From the human T2T-CHM13v2.0 reference genome, Homo sapiens: 64,000 bases of DNA. The notes beneath the pieces are model-generated. The model was not told the DNA's origin, made no database searches, and was given only the letters and a program-made list of their open reading frames with translations. Positions 46,804 through 59,040 of this stretch are shown here, piece by piece. The position numbers were made by a program, and so were the translations under genes. The stretch lies in assembly GCF_009914755.1 (NCBI RefSeq), contig NC_060927.1; one strand, written 5' to 3'. Position 1 is the first letter of the stretch. Each line of letters starts with the position of its first letter.

Positions 46804-48880
46804 GATACAGGTTTTAGGAATGTCCCAGAAGAGCCCATACAGATAGGATTTGGGAACTGGTTTGACTGTGCCCTTGGAACTGAGCCCAGTGCTGAGTTTT
46901 GTTTGTTCCTTTGCTTGTTGCCAATAGGACATGGGATGCTAGTAATCCATGGCATGCAGTTGCATCACAATTAATCAGGTTATCCTGATGAAGTGCCAAC
47001 TGAAGCAGGTGCCTTGGAAGCCCAAATAGCTGCTGTTCTTGACTAGTAAACAGTAATGAAGAACACAAGGACTATGGCACAGAATGGGTTCTTTTGAATG
47101 CATTGGAGCACTTACAGAAAGAAAATGACAAGCTTGGGTCCTTTACAGCTCAGCTGAAGTCATGGTCTGAGACGTGGAAAGATCCCAAGATAGCCCTAAA
47201 AGAATCCATTGCTTTCTTCTGCTACAGTGCTGATATGGCTGATAATCGAAATTTAATCGAGCAGCTTACTAAATTACAAGGTCGGATGAAGTCACATGTT
47301 ATCAAATTTCTCATGTGAAAGTTAGAAAAAAAAAGAATTCTAAAACTTGGAATAGGAACATCTTGTTGAGACTACCCAAGTAAAACTAACAATCCTAAAA
47401 CCAAGGTCACTCTGAGCCTTCATAGCAATTAAAAATAGCTTGCCACTCTGTGTCTGAGAACATGAACCTTTCTTTGCTTGAAAACCCTATGATAACCTCA
47501 TCTAGGACAAATGTCTTTAAAAGGGATGTTCATTTCCTCATGAGATCCAACACAATGAGGGTCAAATCCATAACTAGGGTCCTATTTCAATATGATCCAG
47601 GGGAATTCATGTACACCATGACCCAGTATGAAATAGGAAAAGAATTGCAAGATTTTGCTATTACATTTCAGCAGCAACCCAGAGAACATGTACAGGAGTG
47701 GATTCTAAGAAGGGTAGGCCAAGAAGGGTAAAAACTATAGCACTAGATCAGGCTGAATTCATTGATATGGGTGCACGTACTACAGACTCCAGATTTCACA
47801 TGTTAGTTCATGCAGCTGGAAGTAGTTTAACTGGTTGTTTGAGTAAAACTTGTACTTAACCATGGTCTGTGTTTGATGAGGGTAAAATGCCAGAGCTTCT
47901 CTGGCATGTGAAGGGGTGATTTCAAAGGCTCAGAGAGACGGGCTCATTGGGGTAGATTTACCATGTGTGACTTGCACACCCACTCCCTAACCACATTCAG
48001 CAAGAACATCCAGAAGCCATTCCTTTCACTAAGACATTGAGAAATACATTGGAAAGGGGAGCACCAGCATCCTTGAAAAGCCCTGTGGTTGCTCTCCTTT
48101 GGAGGCCAGGTATGACACCGAACGATACATGATTTCAATGTATCCAGTTGTCAGGGGCCAACTGACAGCACTTGACCACTAATAGCAAACTGAGAGCATC
48201 TTCCATAAAGGGCAGCAGGGAGGTACTATTATTTAGAATGCCTTAGCCAACAGAGATCTTTGGCAGTGGTTAGTTGACTAGGGTGTTCCTGGAAAAGAAA
48301 TAGATGGTCTGCCTATTAAAGTATTCCTTGATCAGTTTAACAGAAAAGATTATCTAGGTGTGGTAGACAGAAACCTGCCCTAAGTTGCCATTGCTACAGT
48401 GAAGAGTTATAGCTTCTCACACAGTTTCCAGATGCAAGTCAATTCAAAGACTCAAAGCCCCTTGATTAAGTGGAAAGCTGGGACCCCTTGAGGAAGGCCC
48501 CTGAAATATTACTACAAGTGCACACTATACATTTTCCTCCAAACCTCCCCCAAGGAGAACCGCAGCCATTTACTAGAGTGACTGTTTACTGGGGAAAAGG
48601 AAATACACAGGCTTTCAGCAAATACTAGACACTGGTTGCAAACTGACATCAAGATTCCTAGAGTCTTATCATGTTACTGTGGTACACCATTTTTAATGAT
48701 TTTTTGTTTTGGGATGTTTTGGGTAGGGATGGGGGTTAGTTAAATGAAATATGAGCCCAATGGGCCCAGTTGGTCCATTTAACTTGTGGTATTTCTCTTC
48801 AGTATCTGAATATTTAGTTGGAATTGCCAAAACTGGCAGCTGACAGCATCCCCCATTGGTTCTTTGAATCTAGAGCAAGG
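46804..48880 (+). mobile_element. Decayed ERV-L (HERV16/ERVL-E-like) internal gag-pro region
   Basis: Gag-like peptides NALEHLQKENDKL, KELQDFA...EWILR and LDQAEFIDMG; protease context VTVYWGKGNTQ and L-D-T-G at 48625-48636; many stops and frameshifts. Confidence 0.8.
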
Positions 48881-49641
48881 CAATGTTTATGTTTTGCTCG
48901 TGGATGTATCCCAAGTCCCTAGAATAGCATCTGGCACATAGTAGGCACCTAATAATTATATGTCAAGTGAGTGAATGAATGAATAAACCACATAAGATAC
49001 ACAATTTTAGACTTCAAAATAACAGTGACTTTCATGTCCAAAGGTCTTCTGCACTTCTTTGTCTAAAAAAAAGATTTTATTAACCATATATAACAGAGCC
49101 TTCAAGTTATTTCTAGACATATTTCTGTCAATAATTAATAGCCATTTTTTAGCACTGATTATTTTCTCAGTGCTAGGAATCACTGAGATTTACAAGTAGA
49201 AAATTTTAACAATTCTGGATTTTGTGTGGTTTTGGCTTTCACTCTCTGAAAGGTCCTATTTTCAACCTAGCATTCTCAGAATTAATGTGTGGGCACTATT
49301 TTCCTCTTTCTTTCTTAGAGTAAAGCTGCTTAAGAGCAAAGAATCCCAACTCCGTCTCCACTTGCACCCCTACAGGAGGGCCATTTATGGTGAAGTTTGG
49401 TTTGTTTGGGCACTAACAGTAAGAGAGGATGTTAGGAATCATAGGGAAAATCCCATATATTTGCTTTGTTACTCTACTGCCTTCCCAGCTCTGCTGCTAA
49501 ACTAAAGTGTCCCCACATGTATGTAGCTGGGGAGGATAAGAACAAGAATTCAATCTAAAGTCCTCCAAAATAGTTCTTCAGCAATATTAGCACCAAACTT
49601 GCATTTAAGATGAAAAGGAAATAAAAAGCTAGAACACTGAC

Positions 49642-49742
49642 CTGTGTGATATAGATTATTTTGTGCAGCTGAATTAATATCTGCTGAATAGGATCACTGA
49701 TCTGACGCACTTTCCTCTGGGACACAGCAATTCCTGCTGATG
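49642..49742 (-). CDS. NEK10: NEK10 coding exon (101 nt): (A)SAGIAVSQRKVRQISDPIQQILIQLHKIIYITQ
   Basis: acccacag|CA TCA GCA GGA ... ACA CAG|gtcagt. Phase 1 to 0, joins the 40151 exon in frame. Confidence 0.95.
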
Positions 49743-51604
49743 CTGTGGGTGATAAATTTTGTAGTTAGTCAAGTTCTCTTTCAAAAGTTACATTAGTGAA
49801 AAAATGAAGTAAAATTCTAACACAAATTTTAAAGCAAAGACTTCACCTTATCAATGAGACAATATGCAGAGACCCTGTAATACTTCAACATTTTATGACA
49901 TGGAATAAAAAATATCTTCCCTTTACTTCTCAGACTTCTAAGTAACACAATGATATTATCTATAATAACATCTGAAAGACTGCTTATCACTTGGATATTT
50001 TGCTGGCAATTACAGCAGGCTGCCATCAGGAGTCAGCAGTGCCTTAGATACAGTAGCCACTGAAAAGCCAGGCTTCAGACATGTATAGTTAAGAGGCTAT
50101 CATGCTTTTAACTTTTAAATTCATTATGCCTTCCATAACATATTTTAAGACTAATTTTATCAAAACTATAAAATGTAATCACTGAACATTCTTACAGAGC
50201 AAAAAAAAATGAAAATTCTTTTAGCTAGAATTAAATAACTTTCAAACCTTTGATTATTACAAATTATAATTTTCACATAGATTTCTCTCCATGTCTAAGT
50301 AGGGCACATTTATAATTTATCCTGAATTCTCATCATACAGCCACACCACCTTCACAGTTTTCAGACTAATTCAGTGTCAAATTACATATTAGTTGCTTTC
50401 CCAGCGTCCTCTGCCATAGCCACAGTCTGTTCTTAACCTGAGGACTATAAAACTATTTAAAGGAATGACTCTTTTCTCTAGATTACCTACAAGGCCACCT
50501 CTGCCTCTTTTCACCCACAGAACCACACTGGATAAAACAAAAAGAGACTTCAGATATGTGATGTGCATTATCTTCCTTCCTTTCTCTTCCTTCTCTTTCT
50601 CTTTCCTTTCCTCCCCTTAACCTAGAGTGTGCTTTCCGCAATAAAACTTCTCTTGCTAATTTCCTTTTAAAAAAAAAAAAAAGATGAAAGTTCCAAAGAC
50701 CCTCTTTTCTTCCCTTCACACAACATTGAGCTACTATGAAGTTAAACATGAATATAGTTATTGCTTTAACAACAGCTAAACATCTTTAAAAACGCTTCTA
50801 TTATAAGCACTTCCTGAGAAAGCTTGCATATTTTACCATAAATATTTTGTTTTCAAGACATTTAAAGAGAACATTCAATGCAGTCATTTAAAAGAGTCAA
50901 CTTGTTTTATTATAAGCACATGAAAATGTATATTTAAGACATAAAATGCAAAAAAGAATAAAATATAAACATTCAAAGAAATACTACTTTCTTTACAGAT
51001 ATCTTTACTGAGTTAGTTTAGAATTTAGCACAAGAAATAATCTAGTTCTAGCTCATCTGCAGTTAATACCTTGTTTAAATGTTTGAAATTTAAAGAGTCT
51101 CTATCCCATGGACACAATGTTTACTCCTTTTAATATGAATTATTTGATTATTAATATGAGGTTTAATAAATACCCTTGGGATAAAAATGTAAAGAGGCAA
51201 ATAGAAAGAGTTAATGTAGCTCTAAAATAGAAAACAGAGAGCTGGAGTTGTCTGCTCCATCTTGTGGAGATGGCCAAGTGTACACATGCCATATTTTCTA
51301 CAGTAGTGCTTCTTGGAGAAATAATTCTTAAAATGTAACTGTTCGTCTAGACCCAAAACAAATACTAGACAGTGTGTAACATGACCAAGTTGTTATTGCT
51401 ACAGAAAAATTAACTTTGCATTCTCTGAAAATGGAGAGCTTGATTTTTTAAAATCATTTTTATACTATGTTTCTGATTTGTAGATGCAACATTCATAGTT
51501 TATAGATTCATAGATTTTAATGAGTTAAAATCTCACAACATGGCAAAGAGTTCTTAGATCTGTGATGACATTTTGAATGGGATATCACATAGGTTTGACT
51601 CTAC

Positions 51605-51634
51605 CTTGCCACAAGAATGTGCCCATCTGTGGCC
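51605..51634 (-). CDS. NEK10: NEK10 30-nt microexon: (G)PQMGTFLWQ(A)
   Basis: gctaactctttgtttttgtatttag|GG CCA CAG ATG GGC ACA TTC TTG TGG CAA G|gtagag. It has a CTAAC branch-like motif and a T-rich tract, phase 1/1. The peptide matches a segment I recall from the long NEK10 isoform. Confidence 0.8.
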
Positions 51635-52224
51635 CTAAATACAAAAACAAAGAGTTAGCTAGAATGTCTTCCTTCTGAATTAATCAACTATGCAATTTTT
51701 TTAACTCAAAAATTATTTTTATTGAGACCCTTTGACCACTACCCTCACAATCCCAACACATCCTTGACTTCTGGAAATACTTTTGATTACTTAGTTATTA
51801 AAAAATAAAGTTAAAAATATTTAATTACGCATGCCCCTATAAAAACAAGCAAGCAAACAAACAAAAATGTTAGTTGTACAAATGAGATTCAAGGCTCCCA
51901 GGAGCCACCACCCATCACAGCCACCTCCCCAGAAATAACCTGTGATATCAGAGGGGTGTGTTGACTTCCACTCACTTCTCTATCCATTTACATACATAAA
52001 TGTACACTTCAAAACAGTGTTTTTCAAACCATACTTGAGTCCTGAAGCCAATTTTAATGTTATGATCAGCATTTTGAAAAATGATATCAAATGAATCGGA
52101 ACTAGATTTTAAAATTTCAGAGTACATTGGAAGGGTCCACTCAGCCAAGACATAAAATGCGTTTTCTATTGATAGTCATTTCCAAGCATTTGAAAGCTAC
52201 TATTATGGAAAATCTATAGCAGTC

Positions 52225-52310
52225 TGTCCGTCCTCCCTTCCTCCTTTCCTCTCTTTCTCTCTTGCACTCTTCCTCCCTTCTTTCCTCCCTCCTTCCTTGC
52301 CTTCCTTTGT
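52225..52310. repeat. CT-rich (CCTT/CTCT) low-complexity tract inside an old L1M fragment
   Basis: tcctcccttcctcctttcctctctttctct...ccttccttgccttcc. Confidence 0.8.
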
Positions 52311-52846
52311 AAACAAATGGTGACATATCACATCACATAAACTGTTGTACAATTTATTTTTTTCACTTAGTCTATCATGGAGATGGTTTATTATCAACAC
52401 ATGCAGTTCTAGCCCATTCTCTGTAACCGCTGAAGACTACTATGTGTCCTGGATGCACTGTAGTTTACACAGCCACTTCTGTCCTAGTGGACACTTCCTT
52501 TGCTTTCAATTTCTCATGATAATAAGTGATGCTGCAGTGAATATACACCGGCATGCCTCATTGTGCGTAAGTACAAGAGTTATTTTAGGGTAGACACAGT
52601 GAAGTGAAATAGCTGGACCCAAGGATACATTGTAACAAATACATTTTTAAGTGGCTGAGTCAATTTACACTCTGACCAGAAAAGAATCCATTTTTCTACA
52701 CCTCGGTCAACAATATATATTATCAAACTTTTCCACTGTGCCAATCTGATTGCTTTTGTATTTATCTAAACGCTAGTGAGGTTGCTGTACTTCTTTGGTA
52801 AATTTCTTGCTTGTATCCATAGTTCTTTGTTCTTATTGATTTGTAA

Positions 52847-53164
<318 letters not shown>

Positions 53165-53784
53165 TAAATGTTATTAACTGCCAAACATTTGGCAAATGTT
53201 AGCCATAACATTTTGTCTAGCTTTAAAAACATTCTCTCTCAGTATATCTTTTAGATTAGCCCACTGAAAATGCTACACTTTCTGACTGTTCACCAAAAAA
53301 AAAAAGCAGCATATATTTATATTATCAATTTTATACTGAGAATATTTGTATTAAAACAATTTTTTATTAAAGAGACATCGGTGAGGCTGATCACAGTTCA
53401 TGTGCAATGTCAGTCATACATAATATGCCCATGATTCATATCTATGTGGTATTTCCTACTGCAAAATATATACACAATATTTGGTCTCCTTAAAATTTAA
53501 ATAAAATCAAAGTTTAAAATATTGGGATACTTTGTATTCTTTTATAGTTTTTATTAAAATAGTAAATTTGGCTAGTGTTTTAAAACTTAGAAGGAAACTA
53601 CGAAATTTCTTATAAGAGGCAATTTACTTAAAAGCGTCAAAAAGTCATTACATAATTATATTTGCTAGCTTACTCTGTTGCAAGCATGACGCTAAAGAGC
53701 TATTTTGTTTCCCCTTTGCAGTGTTAGGTCAGAGGACTTGCAAGAAGAGCAGTCCTTCTTTTTTAGCAAGAACTTGGGTGAGAA

Positions 53785-53857
53785 ACTGGGAGGTGTTTTA
53801 CACATTTAGTCTGCTTTAATCCACAGAGGAGACTAAATGCATAAAACACCTCCCAGT
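53785..53857. repeat. 28-bp inverted repeat with a 17-nt spacer
   Basis: ACTGGGAGGTGTTTTACACATTTAGTCT (53785-53812) and AGACTAAATGCATAAAACACCTCCCAGT (53830-53857); 26/28 Watson-Crick pairs. Confidence 0.93.
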
Positions 53858-53924
53858 GCCTGTAAACTGTCTGCTCCTTTATTGGTGTAGATTCTACCCC
53901 CATTTTACAGATGAGGAGACTGAG

Positions 53925-54135
53925 TGCTGTGGTCTAAATGCTTCTGAACCACCAAAATTCACAGGTTGAAATCCTAATCCCCAAGGCAATGGCATTTGGA
54001 GGAAGTGAGCTTGGGAGGTGATTAGGTCCTAAGGGCGGAGGCCTCATGAATGGAATCAGTGCCATTATAAAAGAGGCCAGAGGGAGGTGGTCACCCCCTT
54101 CTACCATGCAAGGACACAGCTAGAAGGCGCCTCTG
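53925..54135 (+). mobile_element. MLT1A-type LTR, partial
   Basis: tgctgtggtctaaatg...gttgaaatcctaatcccc...gggaggtgattaggtc...cctcatgaatgg. Confidence 0.75.
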
Positions 54136-57100
54136 GTTACTGCAAATACAAAACAATATCTCCTTCCCATAATGAAATATTATTTCTCTTCTTAAAAGGA
54201 CTGCTACTTTTAACACGATGTTCTATCTATCTCTCTCAACATTTAATTAATTATTTTTGGAAAGCATGTAGACATAATAAGCTGGAAGCATTAGGTCTTT
54301 ACAGCTAGTGCTGTGCACTACATTCTGCTTTAGTATATCATTGCATAATAAAATAGCCAAGTTAGTTGCCCATCCCTGGTGCTTTGACACTTGACACTTG
54401 ACACATACTATATGTCCATTCTATTGAAACTATAATTCACAATATACACTTTGAAGCTGTTAATAACTACAAATTAAACCCAAAAAAGTGGGTTACACTG
54501 TACTCTCCCAATTGATCAAAATATGGTATCAATGCATTATTTTTCTGAATTCTCTCAGCTAAGGATCAGGAACTTTTGGACAACTGGAGAAAAAAAGGGT
54601 TAAGGAAGGAAATCCATGAAGAAGCAAAAAATATATTGTTTTCATGAATGGGGGGCCAAAACACACATGAGCTTCTCTATATTGGACCAACAGTGTTGTC
54701 AAACTACAATACAAATTTACTCTCACCTCTTTACTATCATAACAATGAAATAAAGTAACGTAATTGTAGTTCAAATCTGTAAGTGTTCAGCAATCAATCC
54801 CTGTGTCCCTGGTTAGATGAAGAATCTTGAACTCATAAGGATTTCATAGAAGGTTCACCCAGACAACCATGGATGTAGGCTAAAGAGCAAATTCAAATGT
54901 TAATTTGAGAAGACCAGGAAGAATTAGAAGGTCTTCGATAGCACAGGAAATGTATTGGGTGTGAGGGAAGTTGTATGTGAGTGTGGGTTCTTAGGAGAAG
55001 GAATAATTCCAGCAAAGAGTGAAGTCAGCTAAGTGAGGGCTGCAACTGAAGAACAGCAAACTGTTCAGTTTAGCTGGTGTGCAGTACAATAAAAAAAGTA
55101 CAGTATGTATACAGCTGGAGAGGTAGCCAGGGACCATACACGATGGTGAGAAACAATAAGGCTGACTGTATTTCAGGAAAGGTGATCTCACGGGAAGAGG
55201 ATCATACAGTTGAAGTCAGAGGCCTGGCTTGCATTGCAATATGGTTTTCAGAAAGTCACAACTTCTTTGGGCCTTAGTTTCTTCATATGAAATGGCAGAA
55301 TGGTAAAAATGGGACTAGAACCAAGGGGGCTGAGGTCATACACGTTGTGGGGTGAATCAATCTACAGTGCACTGTAGCTGTTTCCACATGGGGAGCAGGA
55401 GCCAAGGACTGCTGAAGCTTGGGACTGAGACACTGAGAATATGATGTTCCATCAGAAGAGAGAGGGAAGTGACAGAGGATATGATGCATGGACAATGGAA
55501 ACTTCCCAACACAGACCAGTAGACCATTCTATAATCAGACAAAAAGTGTTTGGAAGGAGCTTGGCAGTCTAGGCCTAGATGCCCCTGCTACCCTAGCCTC
55601 CGGCAGAGTTTCTCACAGAATGGCAGGAAGCTGAGTCAAAGCATCAGCTCCTTTCACCTCTGGGTGATCAGGCAACAAACTTCCTTTCATTTGAAACTTC
55701 AGGAATAAGCTGTTTAAAGGCCAGAGGCAAGGCTGCTTTGAAGTCCTTAACTCTTGAATTCTGGCTGAGCCTCTTTTAAGTAATGTGTCTTATATTCCCA
55801 TAATGGGTAATGTCACAGTATATTTAACTAACAATCTACACCAATAAAGGAGCAGACAGTTTACAGGCCTGTAGCGTTAGAGGTTAACCTGCAGAAATTA
55901 ATATACTGGTATGATTTTACACCCAGTCAAGAACTTGATCACAAAAATGGTATCATTTTATTGCCCTATAGAAGTTCTACCAGTCTTACGCTTAATTTAG
56001 CAATCTTATGTCAGCTCTTCTTTCTTGCCTAACTACATAAATCTCTGTTCTTCAAATGCTCTTGAATCAGCATTTTTGTCTTCCACCTGGTTCTATCATC
56101 AATGCATTGAATAAAACTCAGACACTTGCCAAAGAACAACTTTAAGAATTGTGCTTTTGCACCCCAATATAAAAAATAATAAGTAGTTATATAAACAGAA
56201 AAATTTTTAATTGACACACTATATGAAACATCCCAAATAAATTATTGAATCCATACTGAGCAGAGTCAATTAAGAATGAACAAGGTTCCAGCTATAGTGG
56301 AGGGCAGGCAGGTATCCCAGAGAGAAGAAAGAGGCCTCTTGCTTTCAGGAGAGGGAACTGCTGTAGCAACCATTATAGAATGGTTTGGACACAGCCTTAG
56401 TTGTATCAACATTTTTCTTGAAGAAAGGGAATTAATAGAAGCTTAATGACTGATTCAATGATTAATACTCCCTTATGGTTTAAATGTACTCTGAGATCCT
56501 TAAAAAAACTACTCCCCAGACAGGAGCCAACACATGGATAGATTCTTAGCTACTGGTGCTTACATTTCTACACAGGAATAATTTGATTAGATGTCCATAT
56601 GTATGTCCAAAATGGTATGGCTCATGTGCAACAGACTCCACATGAACCTAAGGTCTTTGATATCCAGGTTTCTTCTTCTTATAATTGGCCCTTCTGTCAC
56701 TGTCCTCAATTCTCAAATTGGTCAATGCAACAAACTAATTCAAAGCATATTTGTAAATACTTTTAACATATTTTTAAAATCCACTATAAATTACTAATAA
56801 TGGCAATTTGGAATTTGAGGGTGATGCTTTTCGCTGTTAATTCAATTATTTTACACACCATGCTACAATCATCACCCAAGTCATGCTGACCTACCTCCCT
56901 TTACTCCTACCAGAGAGTGGGATACCTTTCAACCCTTACTTCCTTTAGCCTTTCCTCCCAGGCAGAAACCCAAATGGCATGAGTGTGAGTTGCCATTTAA
57001 CAGGTGATATGCAATTTGGATTTAGGCTTGAATTGGAACCACCAGTAACTCTTGTGAGATGAGTATCCATTTGAAAACACATTACCCTAAAATGACCATG

Positions 57101-57466
57101 AAAAAAATCTACATCTCCAAGAAGCATCCTCCTGGGACCCTGTACACAGTCGTTTGGCACCTCCCTTGGCATGAAGAATGAGGAAGCAAATAATCATTGG
57201 TAAAGGAAATTTCTTATCTCAATCTGAAATCTAAAATATATATGTATATATTTTAATATAATAAAATAAATTTAATAAAAATAAAATATTTTAAAAGTCT
57301 AATACAAAAAAATCAGTGATTCCCTCACTGCTTCTGATTACTTATGCAGTTGCTCTCAATACAATAGCAAAGATAAACAAGAGTTTATACAGTGATGGGT
57401 CTAAATCAGTTACTCAATAAATAGTTTTCAAGGGCCTGATCTCAGAGGAAATACTCCAAGGTATTT

Positions 57467-59040
57467 ACAAGTATACCTCATTTCATTGCACCTTATTATA
57501 TTGCACTTCAAAGATGTTGCTTTTTTTAAATTTTTTTACAAATTTAAGTTTTGTGTCAATTCTGCATTGAGCAAGGCTACTGGCACCATTTTTCTAGTAG
57601 CATGCATTTACTTCATGCCTCTGTGTCACATTTTGGTAATTCTTGCAATATTTCAAACATTTTCATTATTAGATCTGTTGTGATGATCTGTGATGACGGA
57701 TCCTGCATGTCACTATTGTAATTGTTTTGGGGCACCACAAACTGCACTCATATAAGATAGTAAACTTAATGGATGGATGTTGTGTGTACTCTGACTGTTC
57801 CATCAACCAGCCATTCCCCCATCTTTCCCTTCTTCATAGGCCTTCCTATTCCCTGAGACACAACAATACTGAGATTAAGCCAGTTAATAATCCTACAATG
57901 GCCTCTAATTGTTCAAGTGGAAAAAAGAGTCACATGTCTCTTACTTTCAATCAAAAGGCAGAAATGATAAAGCTTAGTGAGGAAGGCATGTCAAAAGCCA
58001 AGATACCAGAAAGCTAGGCCTCTTGCATCAAATAGTTAGCCAAGCTGTGAATGCAGAGAAAAGATTTTTGTGGAAAATTAGAAGTGCTACAACAGTGAAC
58101 ACATGAATAATAACAATGACAGCCTTATTGCTTATATAGAGAAAGATTTAGAAGATAAAAGATCAAACCTGCCACAACATTCCCTTAAGCCAAAGCAGAA
58201 TCCAGAGGAAGGCCCCAACCCTCTTCAACTCTATGAAGTCTGAGAGAGGTGAGAGAGCTGCAGAAGGAAAGCTAGAAGTAGTAGATGTTGGTTCGTGCAG
58301 TTTAAGGAGAGAAGCCATTTCCATAACATAAAAGTACAAGGCAAAGCTGTAAATGCTGATATAGAAGTTGCAGCAAGGTAAGATCTTCTTATGATCCAGC
58401 TAAGATAACTGATGAAGATGGCTACACTAAACAATAGATTTTCAAGGTAGACAAAACAGCCTTTTATTGCAAGTAGAGGCCATCTAGGACTTTCATAGCT
58501 AGGGAGGAGAAATCAAAGCCTGGCTTCAAAGTACAGGCTGACTCTCTTGTTAGGAGCTAACGCAACAGGTAATCTTAGGTTGAAGCCAATGCTTATTGAC
58601 CATTCCAAAAATACTAGAGCCCTTAAGAATTGTACTAAATCTATTCTACCTATGCTCTATAAATAGAACAACAAAGCCTGGATGAAAGCACTCTGTTTAT
58701 TGAATATTTTAAGCCAACTCTTGAGATCTACTGCCCTGAAATAAAGATTCCTATCAAAATATTGATGTTCTTTGACAAAATACTTGGTCACCTAAGAGCT
58801 GTGATGAGGAGGTACAGGATATTAATGTTGTTTTCATGTATGCTAACATAACATCCATTCTGCAGTCCAATGATCAAGGAGTCATTTTGACTTTCAAGTC
58901 TTATTATTTCAGAAATCCGTTTCATAAGGCTATAGCTGCAATAGATAGTGATTCCTCTGATGAATCTAGGCAAAGTCTATTGAAAACCTCCCAGAAAGGA
59001 TTCACTATTCTAGATGTCATTAAAAACATGTATGCATTTT
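57467..59040 (+). mobile_element. Tigger1 DNA transposon, 5' part with decayed transposase
   Basis: TIR-like ta|caagtatacctc; transposase start MASNCSSGKKSHMSLTFNQKAEMIKLSEEGMSKA at about 57898; DDE-region peptide [22 protein letters not shown]; interrupted by L1. Confidence 0.9.

Noticed and set aside
49845-49880. Possible 28-nt cryptic exon (ttacag|...AAG|gtgaag) on the minus strand
   Set aside because: The pyrimidine tract is weak, it would shift the frame, and the NEK10 reading frame does not need it.
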